DNA from: a virus
Lineage: Duplodnaviria; Caudoviricetes
IMG/VR virus record: IMGVR_UViG_3300034066_000644
Coordinates: 1-26,309 of that record
Length of the DNA stretch: 26,309 nucleotides
Direction: 5' to 3' (one strand)
Shown: positions 18,295 to 26,309 of the stretch, piece after piece
How positions within the stretch are numbered: the first letter of the stretch is position 1
How the letters are laid out: each line of letters starts with the position of its first letter
The notes under the pieces: generated by a model
Database searches by the model: none
What the model saw: the letters and a program-made list of their open reading frames with translations, nothing else
What the model was told of the DNA's origin: nothing
Made by a program: the position numbers and the translations under genes

Positions 18295-19878
18295 TTAGAT
18301 TTTTAAATACTCCCACCTAACATTACCACAATCAAATATTCTATATATTTTTCTATCGAACATAATTTGTTTTTCTGTTTTTGTTTTATCAAAACCCTCT
18401 TTAACTAATACAGATTTTCTAAAATTAAATCTATGATATCGAATATCATCAATAACGTACCAATAATTTGGTTTTGATTTCCATATTTTACTAAACCCTA
18501 AATTACCATACATTTTTCCATCAAATAATCTTATATCAGAGTATGATATAATTTTTTCAGGGTTGTATGTTTTTTTAAAAAAACTAAATAATTTTGACGC
18601 CGCCCCAACAACATTAAAATTAATTTTATTACAAAATCTAGTTAATTCCCACTCATCTTTTTTACCTCCAAGTATAACCCTTCCTTTTGAAAAGGTCATT
18701 AATGATACTAACTCCTCATTAAAAAAAAGACCGATTTTGACTTTTGAATTTACGTTACCCTGTATATGGTTATCGTCCAAAAAAATTCGGGATTCATTAT
18801 CTTCAACTTGTTTTATTTTACATTGTCTTGCAAATATTTTATTGTCTATTAAACCCAATTTATTTAACAATATGGATTTAACTATTTCTTTTTTATATAA
18901 CCACTCATCCTCAAATATCTGAATTAAATCAATTCCATTTTCATTACATATATTGTTTTTATTTAAATGATATTTATCCGATTTAAATAATTCATTATGC
19001 CAATACACTCCATTTATCTCAATACCTAAGTTATTTTTAGGTATTAATATATCAATTTCTAATTTTTTGGGTAACCCTCTATACGATTGAATAACCTCAA
19101 CGTTTTTACTTAATAAAAATTCCGATAATTCGTTTTCATAACCGCTTCTAGAATTTTGACCTATAGGATTACAAATAGTACAAACATCATAATTTCTTTT
19201 ATATCTCTCATACAAAAGTTGTTTGGTTAATGAACTATCTTCTCCACATTTATCACAATTGATACTAACCAACATTCCGTCAATTGTGTTTATTTTAATC
19301 CCTTTATATTTTTCTTTAAAGGAATTTGAAATTTTTTCCTTATAAAAATCACTATAAACTATATTTTCCTTCCCATATTTATTTAAAATTGTTTTCTTTT
19401 GTTTTTCTAAATTGTTATAATTTTCGTCCCCATATTTTTCAAACTTAGTTATTTTACTTTTCTCTGTATTATTATAATTCTCACTTCCGTATTTTTCTTT
19501 TTTAGTTTTTTTTTGTTTGTTTATAAAATCTTTATGTTGGGGGTAATAATCTACGGAATACTTTAAGTTAAAAGCATTTTTTTGTCTTTTGGACATTTCT
19601 TCCTTGTTTTTGTTTATACAGAGTAGGGAACAAAATTCTCCGTATGGATTGTCAAACCTTTCTCTAAACTTTACATCAGAATTACAAGTAACACATTTTG
19701 GTCTTTCTGTTAAGTTATTATAATAGAACCAAATTCTTTCTTTAAAAGAAAGTTGTAATGTAAATTTAGATGAATAATTTAATATTTTTTCGTATAATTC
19801 TGGATGGTTTTTAGATAACCAAGATTCTTTGGTTTTGTACCCAGATTTATTGTCTGTTATAAAAAAAGAAAATTCCAT
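18295..19878 (-). CDS. Free-standing Hef-like homing endonuclease (Zn ribbons, KYG repeats, PD-(D/E)XK/Vsr-like nuclease, C-terminal GNAT-like domain)
   Basis: CVTC/CSLLC and CDKC/CTIC, repeated KYG.ENYNN, LEIDILIP..NLGIEINGVYWH, and IFARQC...FL..NHIQG...ELTRFC...GAASKLF...SYSD.R...LGF...IFDCG. It is inserted between tube and chaperone genes. Confidence 0.8.
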   Translation of the reverse strand: MEFSFFITDNKSGYKTKESWLSKNHPELYEKILNYSSKFTLQLSFKERIWFYYNNLTERPKCVTCNSDVKFRERFDNPYGEFCSLLCINKNKEEMSKRQKNAFNLKYSVDYYPQHKDFINKQKKTKKEKYGSENYNNTEKSKITKFEKYGDENYNNLEKQKKTILNKYGKENIVYSDFYKEKISNSFKEKYKGIKINTIDGMLVSINCDKCGEDSSLTKQLLYERYKRNYDVCTICNPIGQNSRSGYENELSEFLLSKNVEVIQSYRGLPKKLEIDILIPKNNLGIEINGVYWHNELFKSDKYHLNKNNICNENGIDLIQIFEDEWLYKKEIVKSILLNKLGLIDNKIFARQCKIKQVEDNESRIFLDDNHIQGNVNSKVKIGLFFNEELVSLMTFSKGRVILGGKKDEWELTRFCNKINFNVVGAASKLFSFFKKTYNPEKIISYSDIRLFDGKMYGNLGFSKIWKSKPNYWYVIDDIRYHRFNFRKSVLVKEGFDKTKTEKQIMFDRKIYRIFDCGNVRWEYLKI

Positions 19879-19901
19879 ATACTATAAATATATGGAATTT
19901 T
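19861..19901 (-). terminator. Hairpin plus U-tract overlapping the endonuclease start codon, with TATTTATA across the loop
   Basis: Perfect 13-bp inverted repeat AAAATTCCATATA (19869-19881) / TATATGGAATTTT (19889-19901), followed on the - strand by CTTTTTTT. Confidence 0.7.
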
Positions 19902-19938
19902 ATTTTGGTTGTAAAGGATATGTATTTATAGTAAAAAA

Positions 19939-20427
19939 CTAGTACACCAATATACAACGATCCATTCTAAGCGAAGCGTCAATTGTTGCGATACCATCTT
20001 GACCGTAAGCTAATGAACCAAAGTTAACACTAGTTAAGAACGTTCCTTGTAATATCCATTTTTCTACCACAACCCCTGTAGGGTCTAACATTTCCAAATC
20101 AATATCTTTCTTATACCCCGCCGCATAACCCATACGACCTGTAACTGATTCTGCACATAAACGAACCCATTCCATAAGAGCTTGAGCCGCTGAAGGACCT
20201 ATTGGGTCTCTAAATTTAACGGAGATAGGATCCCAATTAAAACGTCCTGCAACATATGTTGAAGTGTTTAAAAATTGGATTTCAGTTGCATTTGTTTTCC
20301 AACTAGGTCTTGCCGCTGATTCCACAAACCATTCGTTGATTCCTAATGTAGAAGGAAATCTTACTATAAATCGGTTTTGCCTTTTTGGTTCATAAGGAAC
20401 CGGCATTTTCATTAACAAATCTGCCAT
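19939..20427 (-). CDS. Tail tube protein (T4 gp19-like)
   Basis: EPKRQNRF, YVAGRFNWDPISVKFRD, YKKDIDLEMLDPTG.VVEKW.L.G.F...VNFG.L. 162 aa, downstream of the sheath. Confidence 0.92.
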   Translation of the reverse strand: MADLLMKMPVPYEPKRQNRFIVRFPSTLGINEWFVESAARPSWKTNATEIQFLNTSTYVAGRFNWDPISVKFRDPIGPSAAQALMEWVRLCAESVTGRMGYAAGYKKDIDLEMLDPTGVVVEKWILQGTFLTSVNFGSLAYGQDGIATIDASLRMDRCILVY

Positions 20428-20467
20428 TGTTTTGTTTTTTTGGTTTTAATTTTTTTTATTCTTATTA

Positions 20468-20475
20468 TATAAATA
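20468..20475 (-). promoter_or_regulatory. Putative late promoter motif TATTTATA
   Basis: Lies 40 nt upstream of the tail tube ATG and is followed by an A-rich leader. Confidence 0.6.
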
Positions 20476-20534
20476 TATCAAGTTATTTTTTTTCTATTTA
20501 CTTTTGTTTTTTTATTTATAAATTCTACTAGAAA

Positions 20535-21494
20535 CTAGTTTATATTATATAATTTATTTTTAATTCTTTTAATTAAATAATCTTCATTAATATTTTCATC
20601 TTCTTTTATTCTATTAATTACCAGTTTTCTCATTCCTCCCTCAGAAGTGTCTTTAACAATGAATTTAATTTCAGGATACATAACTGATAATTCGTCTTCT
20701 ATGTGTTGAATCATACTTTTAACATTTCTAACGTCATCGTCAGAGAACCCTAAAGAAACAGAACCATATTTTCCACTTCTAATTAAATGTCCAACTTTAT
20801 CATAAACTTTTTCTATAAAATCAGATAATGCGATTTTTTTGGAATGTTCAGGACTTGACGCACCTCCAGCAGAGTCTAATTTAAATCTTTTACCAAACTC
20901 AGGTGATGAAACAGGGTAGTATTCCCCCTTCTCATCTAAATAAATGTCTATTAATTGTTTGTCATCATTTTTACCTAATTTATAATACCCACCCAAATCC
21001 TCAAATTCAAAAACATTTTTAATGTTATTAATCATCGTGTCTTTTTCTTCGGGAGATAATACAGAATCGATAAAAAGTTTGACACCCTTTTTAATCACAT
21101 TTGGACTATGACCTCTCGCGGTGATTATGGAGAATGGACTCGCTTTGATTAACGCCTTCTTAAAACCAATAAAACTAGGTGACAATCTATTTTTCTTAAT
21201 TGCCTCCATAGTGTCAGTTAAAAAAGTTTCGTGGTGAGTAAAATCTCTAAATGCGTTATTATCCAAATTTATAATAGTTTCTCCTTCATACTCAAAAGGT
21301 TCTTTACCTATCATACTTCTATAATGAGCAAAATCATCGGTCGACATTCCAACAACACCACCATTATCGGTTTTAAGATAAATTTTAGTCGGCATTCTTA
21401 AAATATTATCGTCCCAATCTAAAGCAAATAACTTTAATTTTCTGCGATTAACGTCTTCTAATAAAACTTTTTTAATTAAATTTCTAATACTCAT
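20535..21494 (-). CDS. HAD-superfamily hydrolase (phosphatase-like)
   Basis: Motif I LFALDWDDNI, motif II FSIITARG, motif III K (EHSKK) and motif IV LGFSDDD..N. Confidence 0.78.
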   Translation of the reverse strand: MSIRNLIKKVLLEDVNRRKLKLFALDWDDNILRMPTKIYLKTDNGGVVGMSTDDFAHYRSMIGKEPFEYEGETIINLDNNAFRDFTHHETFLTDTMEAIKKNRLSPSFIGFKKALIKASPFSIITARGHSPNVIKKGVKLFIDSVLSPEEKDTMINNIKNVFEFEDLGGYYKLGKNDDKQLIDIYLDEKGEYYPVSSPEFGKRFKLDSAGGASSPEHSKKIALSDFIEKVYDKVGHLIRSGKYGSVSLGFSDDDVRNVKSMIQHIEDELSVMYPEIKFIVKDTSEGGMRKLVINRIKEDENINEDYLIKRIKNKLYNIN

Positions 21495-21514
21495 AACAAT
21501 AAATATCTTATAAT

Positions 21515-21545
21515 AAAAAAAAGGGGAGTTTTAATCCCCTTTTTT
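21515..21545. terminator. Intrinsic (potentially bidirectional) terminator after the sheath gene
   Basis: AAAAAAAAGGGGA-GTTTTAA-TCCCCTTTTTT, with T-runs on both strands. Confidence 0.85.
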
Positions 21546-21561
21546 ATTTTTTGTTTTTAGA

Positions 21562-24500
21562 TTATATGTTCTCGAAAGATGCTCCCGTTGGAGTGATATA
21601 GAATGTGATATCTATAAACTCTAAAGAACGAGTCGGTTTAATATAAATCTTACCTGTCATTTGATTTCTATCCAAATCAGCAGTATCCGAAGAAACCGTT
21701 ACACGGAAATCATATAAACCTCTATCTCTTCTGATAGCGTCTAAGATTGGGTTAACCGCGTCTAAGAAATCTTGTCTTACTTTGTCATCGTTTTGTTCAA
21801 ACAACAATCTTACAGAAACCGCTGAAATCAATTTACGAGCCTGTAACAACAATCTTCTTACGTTAATTCTGTCAAGAGCTGATTGTCTAATCTGTAGAGT
21901 TTTATTACCCCAAATTACCGTTCCAACATCCGAGAATGTTGCGATTGGGTTAATTCTTCCTTGATATAAAACATCTCTATCTTCTTGTGTTAATTTCTTT
22001 CTAGCCTTAACACCATTTACAATACCTCTTGTGTAACCTGCCGCCGCAAACCAAGGGAAAGCGATATTATCAGTTAACGCCAAGTTTCTTGTAACTTCAG
22101 CAGTTGCCGGAATGTAGATTTGAGTATTATTAACCGAATCTCTTGTCAATATCCAAGGATAGTAAGTACAAGTATAATTTGAATCGATATTACTTTCTTC
22201 AAGTCTATCCACCGCTTCTTGTGGGTAAACTAAATCAATTTGGTCTCCTGTTTGAGGTACAAACATATTGTAGTCAGGTGTGGTTGTAATATACAATGAA
22301 TCCGCTCTGTCGTTTTCAATCATATCAACCGCAGCTTCAACTAAGTTAGAATTGTTAACATAATCAATACCCGGAGTAACAAATAAATTCACGTTAACCG
22401 CCTCAGGATTTGCAAATGTTCTAATACCTAATAAATAAGCGTAATAATCGGTATTCGCCCAATCAGTTGTGTTATCGCCAACAGATATTTGTTTGAACGC
22501 CCCCCAACCAGTTGCGTTAGGGTATTTTATACTAGGACAAGCCCCGTTTCTATAGAATGTTTGACCTAATCTGAATCTATCACCATTAGTTCTATACTCT
22601 CTATAAATGTCCCATCCGTCAAAACCTCCTTGACACAACAATGAGAATTTACGAGCGTATATTCTATAATAAGGGTTACTTTCGTTTTGTGGGTCAGAAG
22701 TGAATTCTGCGGAACCGACAAAGAATTCAGGTGTTCCACTTGTAGTATAAGAATTTGGAATAGTGATTGAACTTGCGTTTACATCCATATGGAAACCTTT
22801 TGTTCTGTAAGACCATTCATCTCCTGTAACATCAGTACAAACACTTAAAGGTAATTGTTTACCTTTATACGCGAAGAAATCAAAGTCAAAACCAATTGTG
22901 TCCGATAAACCTAAGTAAGTTCTTCTAACATTATCACCACCTGATCTAACCGCGTCATCCGCACCTGAAGATAAACCAAATGGAGGATTATAAATAACTT
23001 CACCTGGGAAATCGTATTTTGTTTTATAAATAGGGAATGGAGGTTTAATACCCGCATATTCTCTAATATTATAACCCTCGAAACCACAAGGTAATGAATC
23101 AACAGGAGCGTCAAGATTAACTTCTAACATTACATATTTAGAATTTAATTGAAACTCTCCGTCAGAAGTTCCTATTTTTTTAGCGATATAAGAATTGTCA
23201 CTAGGGTCCATATTACAATTTGTAAATTTCTCTAAAACAACTGGATTTGCATCAGTATCAAAATAATCTCTAACTAAAACATCGAATGTTTGATTGTTAA
23301 ATGACATATTTGCGATTGATATTTTAACCTCGTAGTTAGAATTATTACCATCAGAAATTGTAGTGAATTTAAATAATCTGAATACTTTACTACCTCTTAA
23401 CTCAGAAACAACCCAAGGAGATGTCGATGACTGGTATTTTTCCAAATACCACGCAATTGACGTTGGATCATCTTTTCTTGCTTCAGGTAAGTATGTTAAA
23501 TCACAACTTAAACCTCTAATAAAACCTTTTCTCCAACCATAATTTAATAAGTTTTGAAATACCTCCTCAACAAATAAAGGATTTGTTTGTTTAGGTTTTT
23601 CAAAATTGCTTTTACCTAATACTTTTGTTAGATAATTACTATCGGAATTAGTTAATGAAGTCTCAAAAAATAAATTTTCACCATCCTTATTAGTTATATT
23701 TAATCCGAATCTTGAATAAGGGTTTTTTAATACACTTGAATATCCGTTTGCACAATTTATAGATACTTTAGTTTCTCCTGTAACTTCATATACCGCACCA
23801 TCGTCTTCAGAATAAGTTGCAATACCTCTTGAACGTAAAGTTGCCACAACTAAATCATCATAATCCGTATATGCTTTACCTTCATAAATAAATATTTCAC
23901 CTATAATATTACCTTCATAACAAAATACAGGTTTAACCGTAGTTGTAGTTGTAGTTGTAGGTGTTGAAGGGTTACAAGGATCTGTTGTTGTCGTAGTAGT
24001 AACCGGAACTATAGTTGTTGTAGTTGCGGTTGGAATTAAATCTGCCTCAACAATTGAATAGAAAGAAAACCCTGAATAATTACCTCCTCCGTTATTATCG
24101 AATAAAGAATAATACCAAGGATCGTTATTAGAATCTGAATAATTTGCAGTATCCGAATTAACATCATCTATCCCATAAACGTTAGTTTGAGCGGTAAAAG
24201 AAGATAGAGTATCATAAGTACCTCCAGATATAATACCGTAATAATAAATTGACGTATTTTGAGCGTTTGTTACGTCATCACTATTAATTATATTAAAAAT
24301 TTGACTTTTAAAATTATCTTCTAAAGATGATGTAGACCCATTAAACAATTCATACCCTTGAGTAAATTTATTTTTAATCTGAGCAGGTATCATAGACTCA
24401 TCGAAAATTATCGAATCAGTACTATTAGTACAAGCTGTAAAAGGTACAGAATAAGGTATAACCTCATAATCAACACAGGTTGTAACACAACTAAATGTTA

Positions 24501-24885
24501 CTGCACTTGTACATAAAAATTCAACGGTTGTTGGGTCAACGTTGGCCTTTGTTGTAATAGACCAAGAAGGACCTGCGTCATATCCTGATAACCCCAATAT
24601 TCTGGTTACAAATAATTGATTTGATTGTTGTAAGTAAGCTTTAGCGATGTAACCCGCTTCATACTTAGGGATTTGTGTGTTTACAAATTTTTCAGGGGAA
24701 GTTCCGCCAAAATAAGTGGAAAATTCGTCAAAGTTTCTGATGAAAATAGGTTCAAAGGCAGGACCTTTAATCGTTTCACCAACAATACCTAGGGTTGTAA
24801 CACCCACACTTTGTGCTACAAAACTTAAATCTACCTCTGAAGTGTAAACTCCGGGAGATACAAATACTTTGCTGTTTGATGCCAT
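21562..24885 (-). CDS. Tail sheath protein (T4 gp18-like) with large insertions
   Basis: VFVSPGVYTSEVDLS, VGETIKGPAFEP, YYPW, PWFAAAGYTRG, LYQGRINPI, VIWGNKTLQ, SALDRINVRRLL, IYIKPTRSLEFI. Confidence 0.96.
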   Translation of the reverse strand: MASNSKVFVSPGVYTSEVDLSFVAQSVGVTTLGIVGETIKGPAFEPIFIRNFDEFSTYFGGTSPEKFVNTQIPKYEAGYIAKAYLQQSNQLFVTRILGLSGYDAGPSWSITTKANVDPTTVEFLCTSAVTFSCVTTCVDYEVIPYSVPFTACTNSTDSIIFDESMIPAQIKNKFTQGYELFNGSTSSLEDNFKSQIFNIINSDDVTNAQNTSIYYYGIISGGTYDTLSSFTAQTNVYGIDDVNSDTANYSDSNNDPWYYSLFDNNGGGNYSGFSFYSIVEADLIPTATTTTIVPVTTTTTTDPCNPSTPTTTTTTTVKPVFCYEGNIIGEIFIYEGKAYTDYDDLVVATLRSRGIATYSEDDGAVYEVTGETKVSINCANGYSSVLKNPYSRFGLNITNKDGENLFFETSLTNSDSNYLTKVLGKSNFEKPKQTNPLFVEEVFQNLLNYGWRKGFIRGLSCDLTYLPEARKDDPTSIAWYLEKYQSSTSPWVVSELRGSKVFRLFKFTTISDGNNSNYEVKISIANMSFNNQTFDVLVRDYFDTDANPVVLEKFTNCNMDPSDNSYIAKKIGTSDGEFQLNSKYVMLEVNLDAPVDSLPCGFEGYNIREYAGIKPPFPIYKTKYDFPGEVIYNPPFGLSSGADDAVRSGGDNVRRTYLGLSDTIGFDFDFFAYKGKQLPLSVCTDVTGDEWSYRTKGFHMDVNASSITIPNSYTTSGTPEFFVGSAEFTSDPQNESNPYYRIYARKFSLLCQGGFDGWDIYREYRTNGDRFRLGQTFYRNGACPSIKYPNATGWGAFKQISVGDNTTDWANTDYYAYLLGIRTFANPEAVNVNLFVTPGIDYVNNSNLVEAAVDMIENDRADSLYITTTPDYNMFVPQTGDQIDLVYPQEAVDRLEESNIDSNYTCTYYPWILTRDSVNNTQIYIPATAEVTRNLALTDNIAFPWFAAAGYTRGIVNGVKARKKLTQEDRDVLYQGRINPIATFSDVGTVIWGNKTLQIRQSALDRINVRRLLLQARKLISAVSVRLLFEQNDDKVRQDFLDAVNPILDAIRRDRGLYDFRVTVSSDTADLDRNQMTGKIYIKPTRSLEFIDITFYITPTGASFENI

Positions 24886-24923
24886 TAGTTTTTAATTTTT
24901 TTTTAGTTAATTTATTGTTTTAA

Positions 24924-24931
24924 TATAAATA
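24924..24931 (-). promoter_or_regulatory. Putative late promoter motif TATTTATA
   Basis: Lies 38 nt upstream of the sheath ATG and shares an exact 21-bp context with 15452-15472. Confidence 0.65.
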
Positions 24932-24968
24932 TCAATAAAAAATACAAAATACTTTACTTTTAAAGTGA

Positions 24969-24976
24969 TATTTATA
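24969..24976 (+). promoter_or_regulatory. TATTTATA motif on the + strand upstream of the small divergent gene
   Basis: Lies 34 nt upstream of ATG 25011. Confidence 0.5.
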
Positions 24977-25010
24977 AATTAGGTAGAATATTTTCTTCCT
25001 TTTTTATCCT

Positions 25011-25172
25011 ATGTCAGACAATAAAAAAATAAAGAATTTGAAGATATCTGTGGAGGTTCACGATATTTTAAAAAAATACTGCGAAAAGAAAGGTATTAAA
25101 ATTTATAGATTTTTAGAAAAAATAATTTTAGAAAAATGTAAAGAAAAGAAAGATATTTACGGAGAGGATTAA
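25011..25172 (+). CDS. Small ribbon-helix-helix DNA-binding protein, 53 aa
   Basis: Not in the ORF track. MSDNKKIKNLKISVEVHDILKKYCEKKGIKIYRFLEKIILEKCKEKKDIYGED fits the RHH pattern (alternating beta strand, helix, G turn, helix). It fills the gap, and its stop overlaps the opposing gene's stop (TTAA 25169-25172). Confidence 0.75.
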   Translation: MSDNKKIKNLKISVEVHDILKKYCEKKGIKIYRFLEKIILEKCKEKKDIYGED

Positions 25173-26206
25173 ATTATATCACTTTTAAGTAATATATTAG
25201 ATTCTAAATCATAATCTAACTTTACAATATCTATTCTAAGAGAATCTCCATCAGTTATTTGAATCTCAGAAACGTCTGAACCGTAAAACTCATTATTAAT
25301 AAAAATGTCATAACTATCGATGTTATTTGTTGATAATATAGATAAGTTAGATGTATAGTAAAATTTTTGAGACAATGAAGTTACTCCTGATAAAAATAAA
25401 ACATCTAATTCAGATGATTTGTTATTTGAATCTAATTTTTGTCTTCTTTTTTTTGTGGATTGATCAAACTCTACTACCTGTAACACCCTGGTTATTGCTG
25501 GAGAAACTTCAAACTCATCTTCATCAATTAAAAAACCTAACATTGTAAATTCGTAACTCTGTATATAATATTTTCTTTTTTCAACATCCATAACCGATTC
25601 ATCTGAAATATTATTCATTATAATCGGAATATAATGACCTTTAATTTGGGCGTAAGCTTGTCTCGATGAGAATTTTTCTAAAACAATTTTATTAAACTGA
25701 TTTAGTTCTCTCATTCTATTACAAATAATTTTAACGGAATATGTTATATCTACAGGGACAGGTTGTGGTATTTTATAAATGTCCATACCAGATCTTTGAC
25801 CATCCCAAGTCGGAACTTGAGCGTAAAAATATTGTCTCCTATTTGGTATAGTATATAAAAGTGATGGATTTGTTCCATATTTTACTTCAGGATTTCTAAT
25901 TACGGTTATTATCGGAGGCTCAACATTTTTATCGATATTTTGAAAATCCCAAGTTTGAGTAAATTGAGCCCAATTTTGGGTTGTTAGTAAAATATCAACG
26001 TTAGGTATTACTTTACCACTAACAATTGTTTTTAAATCATTCTTAACAAAATCTAAAAATCCCCCATCCAAATCTGCGTGTAATATTGATTTAGGTAAAA
26101 AAGTCCCATCTTTGTTGATTTTATCAACAAGTTCCTGTCTTCTCTCTAATAAAATTTTAGATTGAGTTAAAGGAATATTCTTTTTTATTTTTTTAGGTAA
26201 ACCCAT
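25169..26206 (-). CDS. Tail terminator/sheath-stabilising protein (T4 gp15-like) with a C-terminal beta domain
   Basis: LD..F.DFV, PIITVIR, PQPVPVDITYSVKI....M...NQ....V, and position upstream of the sheath. Confidence 0.65.
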   Translation of the reverse strand: MGLPKKIKKNIPLTQSKILLERRQELVDKINKDGTFLPKSILHADLDGGFLDFVKNDLKTIVSGKVIPNVDILLTTQNWAQFTQTWDFQNIDKNVEPPIITVIRNPEVKYGTNPSLLYTIPNRRQYFYAQVPTWDGQRSGMDIYKIPQPVPVDITYSVKIICNRMRELNQFNKIVLEKFSSRQAYAQIKGHYIPIIMNNISDESVMDVEKRKYYIQSYEFTMLGFLIDEDEFEVSPAITRVLQVVEFDQSTKKRRQKLDSNNKSSELDVLFLSGVTSLSQKFYYTSNLSILSTNNIDSYDIFINNEFYGSDVSEIQITDGDSLRIDIVKLDYDLESNILLKSDII

Positions 26207-26209
26207 TTA

Positions 26210-26309
26210 TTATAAACCTCTAAATTCATTATCAACAACTGCGGACGCCATTATTGTTCTATAATAAGGTCTTGTTCCCGCGTAATTGTGTTTATTATCT
26301 GAAACAACT
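26210..26309 (-). CDS. 3' end of an upstream gene, probably a neck/head-closure protein
   Basis: Open frame ...VVSDNKHNYAGTRPYYRTIMASAVVDNEFRGL followed by TAA TAA ATG of the next gene. The function is from synteny only. Confidence 0.55.
   Translation of the reverse strand, partial: VVSDNKHNYAGTRPYYRTIMASAVVDNEFRGL

Noticed and set aside
18264-19938. Intron, intein or IS housing the endonuclease
   Set aside because: Both flanking genes are intact and the spacers are only 31 and 60 nt. No transposase or splicing motifs are present.
15506-24885. Bacterial contractile injection system (eCIS/T6SS/tailocin)
   Set aside because: Adjacent gp32-like SSB, phage-type RecA, homing endonuclease and phage promoter motifs indicate a phage genome.
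17539-25548. ORFs 17539-17802, 18563-18922, 21782-21964, 22911-23114 and 25351-25548
   Set aside because: Fully nested in well-supported genes, with no independent signals.
26204-26212. Read-through fusion of the in-frame neck and terminator genes
   Set aside because: They are separated by tandem TAA TAA, which argues against read-through.
1-26309. Stop-codon reassignment as in some jumbo phages
   Set aside because: Genes are full length and densely packed under code 11, and TAA, TAG and TGA all end genes.
1-26309. CRISPR array, tRNA or rRNA
   Set aside because: No spaced direct repeats or cloverleaf seen, and all intergenic gaps are about 125 nt or less and AT-rich.

Overview
AT-rich segment of a large T4-like myovirus (contractile-tailed, probably jumbo phage), standard genetic code. 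The host is probably Bacteroidota: there are no Shine-Dalgarno motifs and the leaders are A-rich. Almost all genes are on the - strand. In transcription order (right to left): neck protein end, gp15-like tail terminator, 1107-aa tail sheath, HAD phosphatase, tail tube, Hef-like homing endonuclease, gp26-like chaperone with an overlapping +1-frame ORF, tape measure, 1660-aa tube-initiator-like protein with an inserted OmpA-like domain, LysM/gpX-like wedge protein, 2147-aa hub, two small probable virion genes, then gp32-like SSB, a small conserved protein, a GT2 glycosyltransferase and RecA/UvsX. A 53-aa ribbon-helix-helix gene missing from the ORF track lies on the + strand. Best leads: a probable +1 frameshift at UUU_UUU_CGG before the tape measure; an element combining terminator, alternative hairpin, promoter motif and start codon at the endonuclease; the OmpA-like domain in a baseplate protein; and a recurrent TATTTATA motif that is the reverse complement of the T4 late promoter. 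All product calls come from recognising motifs and synteny by eye; no searches were run.
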